A stretch of DNA of 64,000 nucleotides from assembly GCA_029548865.1 (NCBI GenBank), contig JAKPMO010000004.1, positions 96,001 through 160,000 of the forward strand, read 5' to 3'. Made by a program: the position numbers and the translations under genes. Below the pieces are notes generated by a model. It saw nothing but the letters and a program-made list of their open reading frames with translations, was not told the DNA's origin and did not search any database. Below are positions 36,812 through 47,010 of this stretch, piece by piece (the first letter of the stretch is position 1; each line of letters starts with the position of its first letter). This DNA is from Caldisericota bacterium (GTDB lineage: Bacteria > Caldisericota > Caldisericia > JAAYUI01).

Positions 36812-38309
36812 AGTGTCTCTGTCCTGAGAAAACCAGACCAATCCCAAGTTTGTTTGCCGCTGCAATCACTTCATCGTCTCTGATGGAACCGCCTGGTTCA
36901 ATGATTGCTTTTACCCCAAAGCTTGCCGCGTGCTCAATCGAATCTGCAAACGGGAAGTATGCATCAGAGGCAAGATAGGAGCCCTTGGCTTTTTCGCCGG
37001 CCTGTGATGAGGCGATTTTCACGGAACCAACCCTGTTTGGTTGACCGGCACCAACACCTACTGTTGCAAAATCTTTTGCCAGAACTATTGCATTGGATTT
37101 TACATGCTTGGCCACCGCCATGGCAAAAGTGAGCTGTTCGAGATCGTGCTCGGATACTGGAGTTTCGCCAGCAATTTTGAATGAGTCAGCCAGGCTGAGA
37201 TCGGGTTGCTGGAAAAGAGTTCCGAACATTGTTGATCTGATGGCAAATTTTGCCCTGGGAAGGTCTTTATTGTATGTCACCAGTCTTGTATTTTTTTTCT
37301 TCGCAAAAATAGAGAGTGCCTCTTTGCTGAAATCTTTTGCGATAATCACTTCGACAAATAGTTTTCCAACCTCGATTGCTGCTTCCTCGTCAATTGTGTC
37401 ATTTATAGCAACGATACCGCCATACGCGGAAACTGGGTCGCATTCCAGTGCCCTAAGGTAGGCCTCTTTCATGCTTGTGCCTATCGCCACCCCGCATGGA
37501 GTGAGGTGTTTGACAATTACAGCACATGTTGGATCAAACTCCAGCAGTGTCGAGAGCGCGGCATCAATGTCGAGGATGTTGTTGTAGGAGAGCTCTTTCC
37601 CTTGTAGTGATGCAATTGGCCACTCATTGTTGCCGACGGAATAAAGCCCGGCCTGCTGGTGAGGGTTTTCACCATACCTGAGAGGCATCACCTGCCTTGT
37701 ATGGATTGTTTCAGGAACACCAAGATGGTCTTTTATAGGACCTTCAAGATATGCTGATATTGCGCCATCGTATGCGTTTGTTGTTCTAAAAGCTCTGATC
37801 GCAAGAGATTTCTTGTACTCAATGTCAAACCTGCCAAGTGAAAGCCTCTCGATGAACTCACTATATTGTGAAGGATCACTAAGGATTGTGACATGCTGGA
37901 AGTTTTTTGCGCTTGCGCGGAGGAGTGTTACACCGCCGATGTCTATCTCCTCAATGGCCTTCTCAAGAGTGCAGTCCTGTGATGCGATGGTTTTTTCAAA
38001 AGGATAGAGATTACAGATCACGATATCTATCGACTCGGCAGTCATTTTGCCAAGCTCTTCCATGTCTTTGGGGTTGTCTCTCCTGCAGAGTATTCCGGCG
38101 TGGATTTTGGGATGGAGCGTCTTGACCCTGCCGCCAAGGACCTCAGGTGAGCCCGTATAGCTGGCAACTTCAGTAATCTGGAAGCCTAGTTTTCTAAGGT
38201 GGTCTGCTGTTCCGCCCGTTGAAAGGATTTTATAGCCTGTCTGTGTGATTGCCCTAGCGAGTGGCTCAAGTCCTGTTTTATCGTGCACTGAAATGAGAAC
38301 GTAGCTCAT
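36801..38309 (-). CDS. purH: Bifunctional AICAR transformylase/IMP cyclohydrolase
   Basis: LSTGGT, GGRVKTLHP, IDIGGVTL, LRYGENPHQ, KHVKSNAI and ASDAYFPF. Confidence 0.98.
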   Translation of the reverse strand: MSYVLISVHDKTGLEPLARAITQTGYKILSTGGTADHLRKLGFQITEVASYTGSPEVLGGRVKTLHPKIHAGILCRRDNPKDMEELGKMTAESIDIVICNLYPFEKTIASQDCTLEKAIEEIDIGGVTLLRASAKNFQHVTILSDPSQYSEFIERLSLGRFDIEYKKSLAIRAFRTTNAYDGAISAYLEGPIKDHLGVPETIHTRQVMPLRYGENPHQQAGLYSVGNNEWPIASLQGKELSYNNILDIDAALSTLLEFDPTCAVIVKHLTPCGVAIGTSMKEAYLRALECDPVSAYGGIVAINDTIDEEAAIEVGKLFVEVIIAKDFSKEALSIFAKKKNTRLVTYNKDLPRAKFAIRSTMFGTLFQQPDLSLADSFKIAGETPVSEHDLEQLTFAMAVAKHVKSNAIVLAKDFATVGVGAGQPNRVGSVKIASSQAGEKAKGSYLASDAYFPFADSIEHAASFGVKAIIEPGGSIRDDEVIAAANKLGIGLVFSGQRHFNH

Positions 38310-38917
38310 TGATCCTCCTTTATTAGCGTCTTTCTTCCAGAAACGCTTACTCTCCCATCAAGCATGATTTTGCATGCCCTCCAGAGTGTGTCATGCTCTA
38401 CCGAAAGTATTCTATCGGCAAACGTCTCTTCGGTGTCTGTTTCAAGAACTTCTACAGGCTTCTGGATGAGTATGGGGCCTGTGTCGCAACCCTCATCAAC
38501 TATGAATACCGTGCACCCGGAGACCTTTACCCCGTAATCAAATGCCTGTTGTTGTGCATCAAGGCCCGGGAAGGACGGCAGAAGCGAAGGATGGATATTG
38601 ATAACCCTGTTTTTGAAACGCCGGATGAAATTGGGTGTTACAAGCATCATAAATCCGGCGAGTACTACCAGGTCCGCATTGGATGGGGCGAGGATGCCTG
38701 CCAGATGATCGAAAAAGACTTCTCTTGACTCAAAATCTTTCAGCTTGCAAACCTGATAGGGGATATTCTTGTCCCTGCAAAATTCAAGCGCAGGTGCTTT
38801 TGATTTGTTTGAAACCACAAGACAAATTTCTGCTTCTAGCTTACCCTGTTCTATTGCGCCGTAGAGCGCCTTGAGATTGGAGCCCCTGCCAGATACTAGA
38901 ACTGCAATCTTTTTCAT
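38306..38917 (-). CDS. purN: Phosphoribosylglycinamide formyltransferase
   Basis: VSGRGSNL, LAGFM, NIHPSLLPSFPG and DTGPIL. Confidence 0.98.
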   Translation of the reverse strand: MKKIAVLVSGRGSNLKALYGAIEQGKLEAEICLVVSNKSKAPALEFCRDKNIPYQVCKLKDFESREVFFDHLAGILAPSNADLVVLAGFMMLVTPNFIRRFKNRVINIHPSLLPSFPGLDAQQQAFDYGVKVSGCTVFIVDEGCDTGPILIQKPVEVLETDTEETFADRILSVEHDTLWRACKIMLDGRVSVSGRKTLIKEDQ

Positions 38918-39918
38918 CAGACAAGCCCGAAAGAAGGCTCCCCGTCACCCTCGACTGTTCCTATGGCTACCGAGCCTGGGTAGAGGGACATTGTTTTTGA
39001 GGCTTCTTCTTCCGGTACAAACAATGCCATGCCGATTCCCATGTTGAAGGTCCTGAATGCGTCTTCATCTGAAAGCTTGGCCTCTTTGATAAGGAACTCG
39101 ATTATCGGGATTTTTGGGAGGCTGTTTCTTTTTACGACCGCTTTTCCAGAGCCCATGATTCTTGGAAGGTTGTCAGCGAGGCCACCACCCGTTATGTGGG
39201 AGATACCGTGGAGTTCAACAGCTTGTGCTATTTTGACAATATATTGGGCATATATTTTTGTTGGCTCGAGAAGCGCAAGACCAAAGTGGTCAATCCCGTC
39301 AAATTTTGAATCCAGGGAATATTTTGATGCAATCTTCCTGACAAGCGAATATCCGTTTGAATGGAGTCCTGATGATGGCAGTCCAACTATTATATCACCT
39401 TTTTTTATCTTTGATCCATCGATGATCTTTGATTTCTCGACTATTCCAACTGCAAAACCTGCAAGGTCATATTCGTTGGGCTGGTAGATGTCACCCATCT
39501 GGGCAGTTTCTCCACCAATTAGGGCGCATCCAGCCTGAACGCAACCCTCGGCCACACCTTTTATTATCTGGTATGACACTTCTTCATCGAGCCTGTTTAC
39601 GGCCAGATAATCAAGAAAATACAGTGGTTTTGCGCCTGAGCAGACTATGTCATCAACGTTCATGGCCACGCAATCAATACCAACCGTGTCGTGTTTGCCA
39701 AGTGCCTGGGCGATCTTCACTTTTGTCCCGACACCATCGGCGCCTGAGACCATGACGGGGTTCGAATAACCCTTTGGGACCTCAAAAAAACCGCCAAAAA
39801 AACCTATTCCACCCAAGACACCGGGAATAATTGTCCTTTTTGCGGCTTCTTTTATTTTTTCGACAAACCTGTCTGAGGCGTCAATAGAAACTCCCGTTGA
39901 CTCATAGGCCTTGCTCAT
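38917..39918 (-). CDS. purM: AIR synthetase
   Basis: DGVGTK, GIDCVAMNVDD, GGETAQ, SSGLHSNGYSL and TFNMGIG. Confidence 0.98.
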   Translation of the reverse strand: MSKAYESTGVSIDASDRFVEKIKEAAKRTIIPGVLGGIGFFGGFFEVPKGYSNPVMVSGADGVGTKVKIAQALGKHDTVGIDCVAMNVDDIVCSGAKPLYFLDYLAVNRLDEEVSYQIIKGVAEGCVQAGCALIGGETAQMGDIYQPNEYDLAGFAVGIVEKSKIIDGSKIKKGDIIVGLPSSGLHSNGYSLVRKIASKYSLDSKFDGIDHFGLALLEPTKIYAQYIVKIAQAVELHGISHITGGGLADNLPRIMGSGKAVVKRNSLPKIPIIEFLIKEAKLSDEDAFRTFNMGIGMALFVPEEEASKTMSLYPGSVAIGTVEGDGEPSFGLV

Positions 39919-42106
39919 CCATCACCTTCCTCAGGGAATTCTCATAGAGCTCTTTCAGCTCCTGCACTGGGATATCAAATGAACCTGTCACCGATAGTGT
40001 TTTGCCGCCAACAACGCCAAGTATTTTTATCTGTGTTTCGTTCTGGGCGCATATCTCGGTGAGCCTTGAAACACAATCTGGAGATACAGTCACCAGAGCC
40101 CTTGCGTTGCTCTCGGAGAAAAGCTGTTCTGTTATATGGATGCCAGTTGCCTTCAGGGCGATTTGCGCGCCAAGGCCTGAGTTGCACACGCACTCAACGA
40201 GTGCCTGTGCAAGACCGCCCTCTGAAAGATCAGTTGCCGAACGAATAATGCCTTCACTAGTTGCTGCGAGAAGCGTTTTTGAAAGTGAAACCTCTGCATT
40301 AATTCTGATCATTGGCGGTGTACCAAAAGTCTCTCCGGTAAGCATCTCAAAGAGTGCCGATCCGCCGAGTTCTGGCAATGTTTCACCAAGCAGCACGATG
40401 ACGTCTCCGGTGTTCTGGAAGTCTGGCTTGTTTATTTTTCCAGCCCTTGCCTTGCCAACCATGACTACGACAGGGGTTGGTTTTATGGCCCCGCTTGGAC
40501 TTTCGTTATAGAAGCTGACGTTTCCGGAGATGACCGGGATGTTGAGGGCCCTCAAGGCATCGCACATCCCAAGGACACTCTGCTCGAATTCGTAGTAGAT
40601 TTCAGGATTGGTTGGGTTGCCGAAATTCAGGCAGTCAGAAACGGCAAGCGGGGTGAATCCTGCCGCCCACAAATTTCTTGCTGCCTCACAAATTGTTGCC
40701 TGGCCTCCGCCAAATGGATTCAGGTAGCAGTGCCTTGGTTTTGCGTCGGATTTGATGGCAAGCAGTGTGTCAGTGCCCTTGACCCTTACAATCCCAGGAC
40801 CAAGTGATGGTGGTATTACTGTGTTTGTGAGGAGTGTTGTGTCGTACTGGTGCCACACCCATTCCCTTGAACAACCGTTGAAGGAGGAAGCCATCTTTTT
40901 TACAAGATTGGCATAGTCCCATGATGGAACCTGGAAACCATGCGGTTCCCTGCGCCTCTCTTCGAGGTTCGGCCTTGATGTGTCCATCTTGTAGCACGGG
41001 GCACCCTTGGTGAGGTGTGGTATCGGGATTGTTGCGACAACTTCGCCCTTTTCGATGACTGTTAGCAATCCATCGGCCGTTACTTCGCCAACAACTGCAG
41101 ACTCCAGCTCCCATTTTGTGAGTATCTGGCTGACAGATTCGACCATGTCGGGTTTGCAGATGACCAGCATTCTTTCCTGGCTCTCGGAAAGCATGACCTC
41201 GTAGGCCGTCATGTTCTCTGCACGTTTTGGGACTGCATCGATGTTCAGGACGAGGCCCATATCGCCCCTACCGGCCATTTCGACCGAGGAGGATGTTAGT
41301 CCGGCAGCACCAAGATCCTGGACTCCTTCGACAAGGTCTTTCTCGATGAGTTCAAGAGTTGCCTCTATGAGGAGTTTCTCAAGGAACGGATCGCCAACCT
41401 GTACTGCGGAGCGTTTCTCTTCAGACTCTTTTGAAAGGACGTCCGAAGCAAACGTCGCGCCATGGATTCCGTCCCTTCCAGTCCTGGCACCAATGAGCAT
41501 GACAATGTCACCTGGTTCGGAGGCCCTTGCATAACGGATTTCCTCTTTCTTGGCAATGCCAAGGCAAAACACGTTTACCAGGGGGTTTATTGTGTAAGAT
41601 TTGTCAAAATGAAGTTCTCCACCAGCGTTTGGGACGCCGACACAATTGCCGTAGCCACTTATTCCGGCAACAACTCCTTCAAGAAGGCTCCTGTTGTGGG
41701 GGTCATTCGGGTGGCCAAAAAAAAGTGGATCAAGGGAGAGGATGGGTCTGGCGCCCATTGTGAAAACATCTCTTATGATGCCGCCAACGCCTGTTGCGGC
41801 ACCCTGGTATGGCTCTATGGCTGATGGATGATTGTGGCTTTCAACCTTAAAGATTGCAGTATATCCATCGCCAATATCAACTACGCCGGCATTTTCACCT
41901 GGCCCCTGAATGACGGCAGGGCCCTGTGTTGGGAAGTTCTTGAGCACCATTCTAGACGATTTGTAGGAGCAGTGTTCCGACCACATCACCGAGAATATGG
42001 CCAGCTCAAGAAAATTTGGCGTCTTTTCGAGTCGCGTCTTGATGTCTTCAAACTCGATTTTTGTCAAACCAAAATTTTGTGCGTCCTGAAGTGTTCCTTC
42101 TCTCAT
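39902..42106 (-). CDS. purL: FGAM synthase subunit PurL (small, 734-aa type)
   Basis: MWSEHCSYKSS, ESHNHPS, QDLGAAG, SESQERM and SGNVSFYN. Confidence 0.98.
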   Translation of the reverse strand: MREGTLQDAQNFGLTKIEFEDIKTRLEKTPNFLELAIFSVMWSEHCSYKSSRMVLKNFPTQGPAVIQGPGENAGVVDIGDGYTAIFKVESHNHPSAIEPYQGAATGVGGIIRDVFTMGARPILSLDPLFFGHPNDPHNRSLLEGVVAGISGYGNCVGVPNAGGELHFDKSYTINPLVNVFCLGIAKKEEIRYARASEPGDIVMLIGARTGRDGIHGATFASDVLSKESEEKRSAVQVGDPFLEKLLIEATLELIEKDLVEGVQDLGAAGLTSSSVEMAGRGDMGLVLNIDAVPKRAENMTAYEVMLSESQERMLVICKPDMVESVSQILTKWELESAVVGEVTADGLLTVIEKGEVVATIPIPHLTKGAPCYKMDTSRPNLEERRREPHGFQVPSWDYANLVKKMASSFNGCSREWVWHQYDTTLLTNTVIPPSLGPGIVRVKGTDTLLAIKSDAKPRHCYLNPFGGGQATICEAARNLWAAGFTPLAVSDCLNFGNPTNPEIYYEFEQSVLGMCDALRALNIPVISGNVSFYNESPSGAIKPTPVVVMVGKARAGKINKPDFQNTGDVIVLLGETLPELGGSALFEMLTGETFGTPPMIRINAEVSLSKTLLAATSEGIIRSATDLSEGGLAQALVECVCNSGLGAQIALKATGIHITEQLFSESNARALVTVSPDCVSRLTEICAQNETQIKILGVVGGKTLSVTGSFDIPVQELKELYENSLRKVMDEQGL

Positions 42107-43299
42107 GGCCTCGATACTATCAACTTTGTGTCTCTGGCGATCACAAGCTCTTCGTTGGTTGGGATAACAAGGACTTTGACCTTCGAATCTTCCGTGCTTA
42201 TGTCGCGCGTTTCTTTTGACCTTGCGGTGTTTTTCTCCTGGTCAAGATTGATTCCAAGGAATTCGAGCCCTGCAAGCGAGTCCCTTCTTGTCAGGTCAGA
42301 ATTTTCACCTATTCCTGCTGTGAAAACAACCGCATCCAGTCCACCCATTGCGGCGGCGTATGCACCAATGTATTTCTTTATTCTTCTGCAGAACATTATG
42401 TGCGCAAGTGTGCACATTTCATCGCCTTTAAGGTATCCTTCCTCAACGTCCCTTGAGTCATTGTAGCCAGAAATACCAAGCAGACCCGATTTTTTGTTGA
42501 GGATATTATCAACACCCTTTGGATCAAGTTTTTCTTTCTCCATTATGAAGAAAGGCAAAGCTGGATCGAGATCACCACACCTTGTTCCCATGATGAGTCC
42601 TTCAAGCGGTGTCATGCCCATTGTTGTGTCTACGGATTTTCCACCATCAACAGCGCATATCGAACTGCCATTACCGAGGTGGCATGTGACTATTTTCAGC
42701 TGGCTTGCCGGTTTGCCAAGGAATTTTGCAGCCTCTTGCGAGACAAAGAGGTGCGATGTGCCGTGGAATCCATACCTTCTGAAATGGTGCTTTTTGTAGA
42801 GCTCGTATGGTATGGCGTAGAGGTATGACTCTCTTGGCATTGTCTGATGGAATGCCGTATCAAAAACACCGACCTGAGGGATGTCCGGGAGGAGTTTTTT
42901 GAATGCGCCTATGCCAGCAAGGTTTGGTGGGTTGTGAAGTGGGGCAAGAGGTATGCACTCTTCCATCTTTTTTATTACCTCTTCGGTCAGCAGTTGCGAA
43001 CCGGAAAAAGTTTCTGCGCCATGAACAACTCTGTGACCCACTGCCTTTATTTCGTGCACATCCTTTAGTGCCCCTCTCTCTGGATCGGTTATATTCTGGA
43101 GGATTTTTTTGATGCCGATTTCATAGTCTGGCAGGGGAATTGTTTCTTTGTATTTTGTGTTCCCTCTTTTGTGGTTTACAATGCCTTCCTGGGTGCCGAC
43201 CTTTTCAAGAAGCCCGGAACAGAGTTCCTGTTCGTTTTCCATGTTGTAGAGTTTGTACTTGATGGATGATGAACCGCAGTTGATGACCAGTACCTTCAC
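42103..43299 (-). CDS. ackA: Acetate kinase
   Basis: VINCGSSSIK, GHRVVHG, APLHNP, FDTAFH, HLGNGSS and PTNEEL. GTG start with AAGGAGG RBS. Confidence 0.98.
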   Translation of the reverse strand: MKVLVINCGSSSIKYKLYNMENEQELCSGLLEKVGTQEGIVNHKRGNTKYKETIPLPDYEIGIKKILQNITDPERGALKDVHEIKAVGHRVVHGAETFSGSQLLTEEVIKKMEECIPLAPLHNPPNLAGIGAFKKLLPDIPQVGVFDTAFHQTMPRESYLYAIPYELYKKHHFRRYGFHGTSHLFVSQEAAKFLGKPASQLKIVTCHLGNGSSICAVDGGKSVDTTMGMTPLEGLIMGTRCGDLDPALPFFIMEKEKLDPKGVDNILNKKSGLLGISGYNDSRDVEEGYLKGDEMCTLAHIMFCRRIKKYIGAYAAAMGGLDAVVFTAGIGENSDLTRRDSLAGLEFLGINLDQEKNTARSKETRDISTEDSKVKVLVIPTNEELVIARDTKLIVSRP

Positions 43300-43433
43300 T
43301 TGAAATCCTCCTTAAGGGATTGTGCAAAGCTTCACGCAAGGTATTGCAACGATAAATGATTACAATTACCTTTTGTCAACTACAGGGCAAAAATTGTACA
43401 CCCTATTCCTGCCCTTTCAAGATACTCTTGGGC

Positions 43434-43967
43434 TTATTGCCTGTTCCTTCCATAGTATGGAGAGAGCACAGATCCGATGATGTATATAATATAACCGAGG
43501 ACAATATCTTTTGCAAAAAGCACAAGCAGAGTGATACTCAGTATATCTGCGATGGCTTTTTGATTGCCAAGGAAAAAATAGGTGCAGATGCATGTGTATG
43601 CAATTCCAATTGCAAAAGCAACGATGACTCCTGCTGCCACGGAAATTATCTTCTTCCAGCCCTGCTTGTCCCATAGCCACCCTGTAAGGAACGAGGAGAG
43701 CGGGAGTGCCAGAAGGTAGCCAAAAGATGGTTGCAGTACATACATTGGCCCGCCACCTTTTGCAAAGACCGGAAGGCCTATCAGACCCAGAACAAGATAT
43801 ATGCCTTGGGATGCCGGGCCAAGCACCTTACCAAGAAAAATACCGGATGCAATTGCTGTTGCAAGCTGGAATGTGAGTGGCAATCCCGGAAGCGGGATCT
43901 TTAGGAAGGCCGAAATGACAGAAAGGCTGACAAAAATAGCGACAAGGACCAAGTCTCTGGTTTTCAT
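43434..43967 (-). CDS. bioY: BioY biotin ECF S-component
   Basis: PLTFQ, YLVLGLIGLPVFAKGGG and PSFGYL. The start is uncertain (43967 or 44018). Confidence 0.9.
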   Translation of the reverse strand: MKTRDLVLVAIFVSLSVISAFLKIPLPGLPLTFQLATAIASGIFLGKVLGPASQGIYLVLGLIGLPVFAKGGGPMYVLQPSFGYLLALPLSSFLTGWLWDKQGWKKIISVAAGVIVAFAIGIAYTCICTYFFLGNQKAIADILSITLLVLFAKDIVLGYIIYIIGSVLSPYYGRNRQ

Positions 43968-44014
43968 GCTGGAAATACTATTATTGTTTTGATTTTTGGC
44001 AACCAACAATCCAG

Positions 44015-45118
44015 TCATCCGCTCAGGATTTTTGAAAAAATAGGATTGGAAACCAGGATAAATGAGGGATTTATTGTGTAAATACTGCCATTTTTATCAA
44101 TTTTGCCATCCTGGACAAGTTCATCCAGCCTGCTTTGAAGTTTGGAAATACTTTCTGGATCGTATCTTTGTGCCAGCAAACTCAGATCCGTTCCATTTTC
44201 CAGGAGCCTGAGGTTTAGCATTGCCTCTTCGAATATTTTGTCTTCAGATGAAAGTTTCTCTTCGATAAATTTGCATGAAAGCGGATTGCTTATGTATTTT
44301 TCGAGATTTTCCTCGTTCTTGAATCTGATACCGTCTAGGTGTGATGATGCACCCGGGCCAAGGCCAAGATACTCACTACATTTCCAGTAATTGATGTTGT
44401 GGAGTGATTCTTCCTCAGAAATGGCAAAATTTGAAATCTCGTAGTGGTGAAAATTTTTGGAAACCAGCAAATCCCTACACTCCTCAAAAAGAATTGCTTG
44501 ATCATCATCTGATGGTAAGTTGCCAGGCATGTTTTGATAAATTTTTGTTCCTTCCTCAAGCGAAAGGCAGTAGGCGGAGATGTGCTTAAGCCCAAACTCT
44601 ACAAACTTGGACAATGTCGACAGCAAGGAGCTTTTTGTTTGTCCAGGCAATCCAATTATTAAATCGGCCGAGACTCTTTTAAAATATCTGTTTGCGATGG
44701 CAATAGCATCGATTGCCTTTTTTGAATTGTGTATTCTTCCAACCGACTTGAGTTCACCATCATTTAACGATTGGATACCAATTGAAACCCTGTCAAATTC
44801 ACAATTTATGGCCGAGAGCGCAAATTCCTCCGTCAGGCTTTCCGGATTGGCTTCTATTGTGGCTTCAAGGATTTTTTCAAATCCGAATGTTCTCCTTAGC
44901 CCTGAGTATAGTTTTTCGAGATTTTCCGGGCCAAGTAGACTTGGGGTACCGCCACCAAAGTAAATAGTGTCGAAATACAGCCCCTGATATTGCTTTGCTT
45001 CTGTAAGGACAGCTTCGACATAACCATGGATTCGTCCTTCAGATTTTGCAAGGCTGTAAAAATCGCAATAGTCGCATTTCTTTGCGCAAAAAGGAACGTG
45101 GACGTAAAGCCCGATCAC
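44015..45118 (-). CDS. hemW: Radical SAM heme chaperone HemW (HemN-like)
   Basis: YVHVPFCAKKCDYCDF, GGGTPS and YEISNF...HNINYW; directly follows lepA. Confidence 0.9.
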   Translation of the reverse strand: MIGLYVHVPFCAKKCDYCDFYSLAKSEGRIHGYVEAVLTEAKQYQGLYFDTIYFGGGTPSLLGPENLEKLYSGLRRTFGFEKILEATIEANPESLTEEFALSAINCEFDRVSIGIQSLNDGELKSVGRIHNSKKAIDAIAIANRYFKRVSADLIIGLPGQTKSSLLSTLSKFVEFGLKHISAYCLSLEEGTKIYQNMPGNLPSDDDQAILFEECRDLLVSKNFHHYEISNFAISEEESLHNINYWKCSEYLGLGPGASSHLDGIRFKNEENLEKYISNPLSCKFIEEKLSSEDKIFEEAMLNLRLLENGTDLSLLAQRYDPESISKLQSRLDELVQDGKIDKNGSIYTINPSFILVSNPIFSKILSG

Positions 45119-46911
45119 TCTTCTTCTTCAACCTTTAGCAGGGACAGGAAGGCCTCCTGCGGAATTTCGACTGCGCCGACCATCTTCATGCGCTTTTTGC
45201 CTTCCTTCTGTTTCTCGAGCAGCTTTTTCTTTCTTGTCACATCGCCACCGTAGCATTTTGCAAGAACGTCTTTCCTGTAGGCCACTATGTCTTCCCTTGC
45301 GATGATCTTTCCGCCTATTGCGGCCTGGAGCGGGATTTTGAACTGTTGCCTTGGGATGAGCTTCCTGAGCTTGTTGATCAGCGACCTCCCCTTTTGAACG
45401 GCAAAGTCCCTGTGGGAGATGTATGAGAGCGCATCTACCTGGTCACCATTGACCAACACGTCAACCTTGACGAGGTCATCCGGGCGATATCCTGTGAAAT
45501 CATAATCAAGACTGCCATATCCATGTGTAATACTTTTCAGTTTGTCGTAATAGTCCGTTATTATTTCGGCGAGAGGGAATTCGTAGTGAATGATGGTTCT
45601 CTTCTGATCTGGATATTCCATGCCGGTCATGGTGCCTCTCCTTGCTTGTGAGAGCTCCATTACCGGACCAATCGTGTCATTTTGTGTGATTACCTGGGCC
45701 TTTACAATTGGCTCCTCGATTGATTCAATTTCATTTGGATCAGGAAACTTGGAGGGGTTGTCGATGTAGGTTTCCTGGCCTTTTGTGCCGATGACTTTGT
45801 AAACAACGGTGGGCATCGTTGCGATTATTTCCTGCTCAAACTCCCTTTTTAGCCTCTCAACAACAATTTCCATGTGTAGCATCCCAAGGAAGCCAACCCT
45901 GAAACCGTGCCCAAGTGCTGCAGAACTCTCTTTTTCGTAGACAATCGAGCTGTCGTTTAGCTGATACTTTTCAATGGCGGTGCGAAGCTTGTCATAGTCA
46001 TTGGTCGAGATAGGGTATACACCACAGAAGACCATTGGCTGCATTCTTCTAAAACCAGGGATGGCCATAGTGTCTGGAAACTCCGGAGAAATTATTGTGT
46101 CTCCGACATGTATGTCGTTTGTATCTCTTATGATTGCGGCAAAATATCCAACTTCACCAGCCTTCAGCTCGTCGCACCGAATAAGTCTCAATCCAAAATA
46201 GCCAACCTCTTCAACCTCAAAGATTTTGCTGTTGGACTTGAGCATTATCTTGTCACCCGGTTTTATTGAACCATCAAAAATCCTTATGTGGCTAATGGCA
46301 CCCTTGTAGGAATCATAGTGGCTGTCGAATATCAGGCACCTGAGTGGTGCTGATTCGCTTATTCTTGGTGGTGGTATCTTGCGGACAATTTCTTCAAGCA
46401 GTTCTGGCACTCCGGTGCCATCTTTTGCAGAGACGAGCATCGCATCGTCAGAAGGCAGGCCAAGCATGTCTTCCATCTGTATCTTGCATTCATCGATCAT
46501 CGCATTTGGGAGATCGATTTTGTTTATGACCGGGATTATGTGGAGGTCAGCATCCATTGCCAGATATGCGTTGGCAATTGTCTGAGCCTCAACCCCCTGC
46601 GTGGCGTCAACGAGGAGAAGCGCTCCCTCACAGGCCTTCAGGCTCCTTGAAACTTCATAGTTGAAATCCACATGGCCTGGGGTGTCTATCAGGTTCAGGA
46701 TGTACTCCTGGCCGTTTTTTGCCTTGTACGGGATTCTGACTGGAGAGGCCTTGATTGTTATTCCCCTCTCCTTTTCCAGGTCCATGCTGTCCAAAATCTG
46801 GGCATTGCCTGTTGTGTGGACAACATCGGTCAGCTCCAGTATTCTGTCGGCCAGCGTCGATTTGCCATGGTCGATATGGGCTATTATGCAAAAATTGCGA
46901 ATATTGTTCAT
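45115..46911 (-). CDS. lepA: Elongation factor 4
   Basis: AHIDHGKSTLADR, ERGITIKA, GFLGMLHMEI and KCYGGDVTRKKKLL. Confidence 0.99.
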   Translation of the reverse strand: MNNIRNFCIIAHIDHGKSTLADRILELTDVVHTTGNAQILDSMDLEKERGITIKASPVRIPYKAKNGQEYILNLIDTPGHVDFNYEVSRSLKACEGALLLVDATQGVEAQTIANAYLAMDADLHIIPVINKIDLPNAMIDECKIQMEDMLGLPSDDAMLVSAKDGTGVPELLEEIVRKIPPPRISESAPLRCLIFDSHYDSYKGAISHIRIFDGSIKPGDKIMLKSNSKIFEVEEVGYFGLRLIRCDELKAGEVGYFAAIIRDTNDIHVGDTIISPEFPDTMAIPGFRRMQPMVFCGVYPISTNDYDKLRTAIEKYQLNDSSIVYEKESSAALGHGFRVGFLGMLHMEIVVERLKREFEQEIIATMPTVVYKVIGTKGQETYIDNPSKFPDPNEIESIEEPIVKAQVITQNDTIGPVMELSQARRGTMTGMEYPDQKRTIIHYEFPLAEIITDYYDKLKSITHGYGSLDYDFTGYRPDDLVKVDVLVNGDQVDALSYISHRDFAVQKGRSLINKLRKLIPRQQFKIPLQAAIGGKIIAREDIVAYRKDVLAKCYGGDVTRKKKLLEKQKEGKKRMKMVGAVEIPQEAFLSLLKVEEEE

Positions 46912-46922
46912 ACCAAGTAATC

Positions 46923-46997
46923 ATTTTACTGCCAGTCGCAATTTGTTCAAGGTTTGACACTCATTTCCTTGACAGCCATGAAGCCCATAACTATACA
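46923..46997. promoter_or_regulatory. Divergent putative sigma70 promoters for lepA and topB
   Basis: Minus strand TTGAAC-16-TAAAAT (46950-46923); plus strand TTGACA-17-TATACA (46969-46997). Confidence 0.5.
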
Positions 46998-47010
46998 CGG
47001 CACGTAAACT

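Noticed and set aside
43320..43337. TTGTGCAAAGCTTCACGC upstream of ackA, resembling a Rex or CRP-type operator
   Set aside because: It has three mismatches to TTGTGAA-N4-TTCACAA, occurs once, and no regulator gene is in the window. It is plausible but unsupported.
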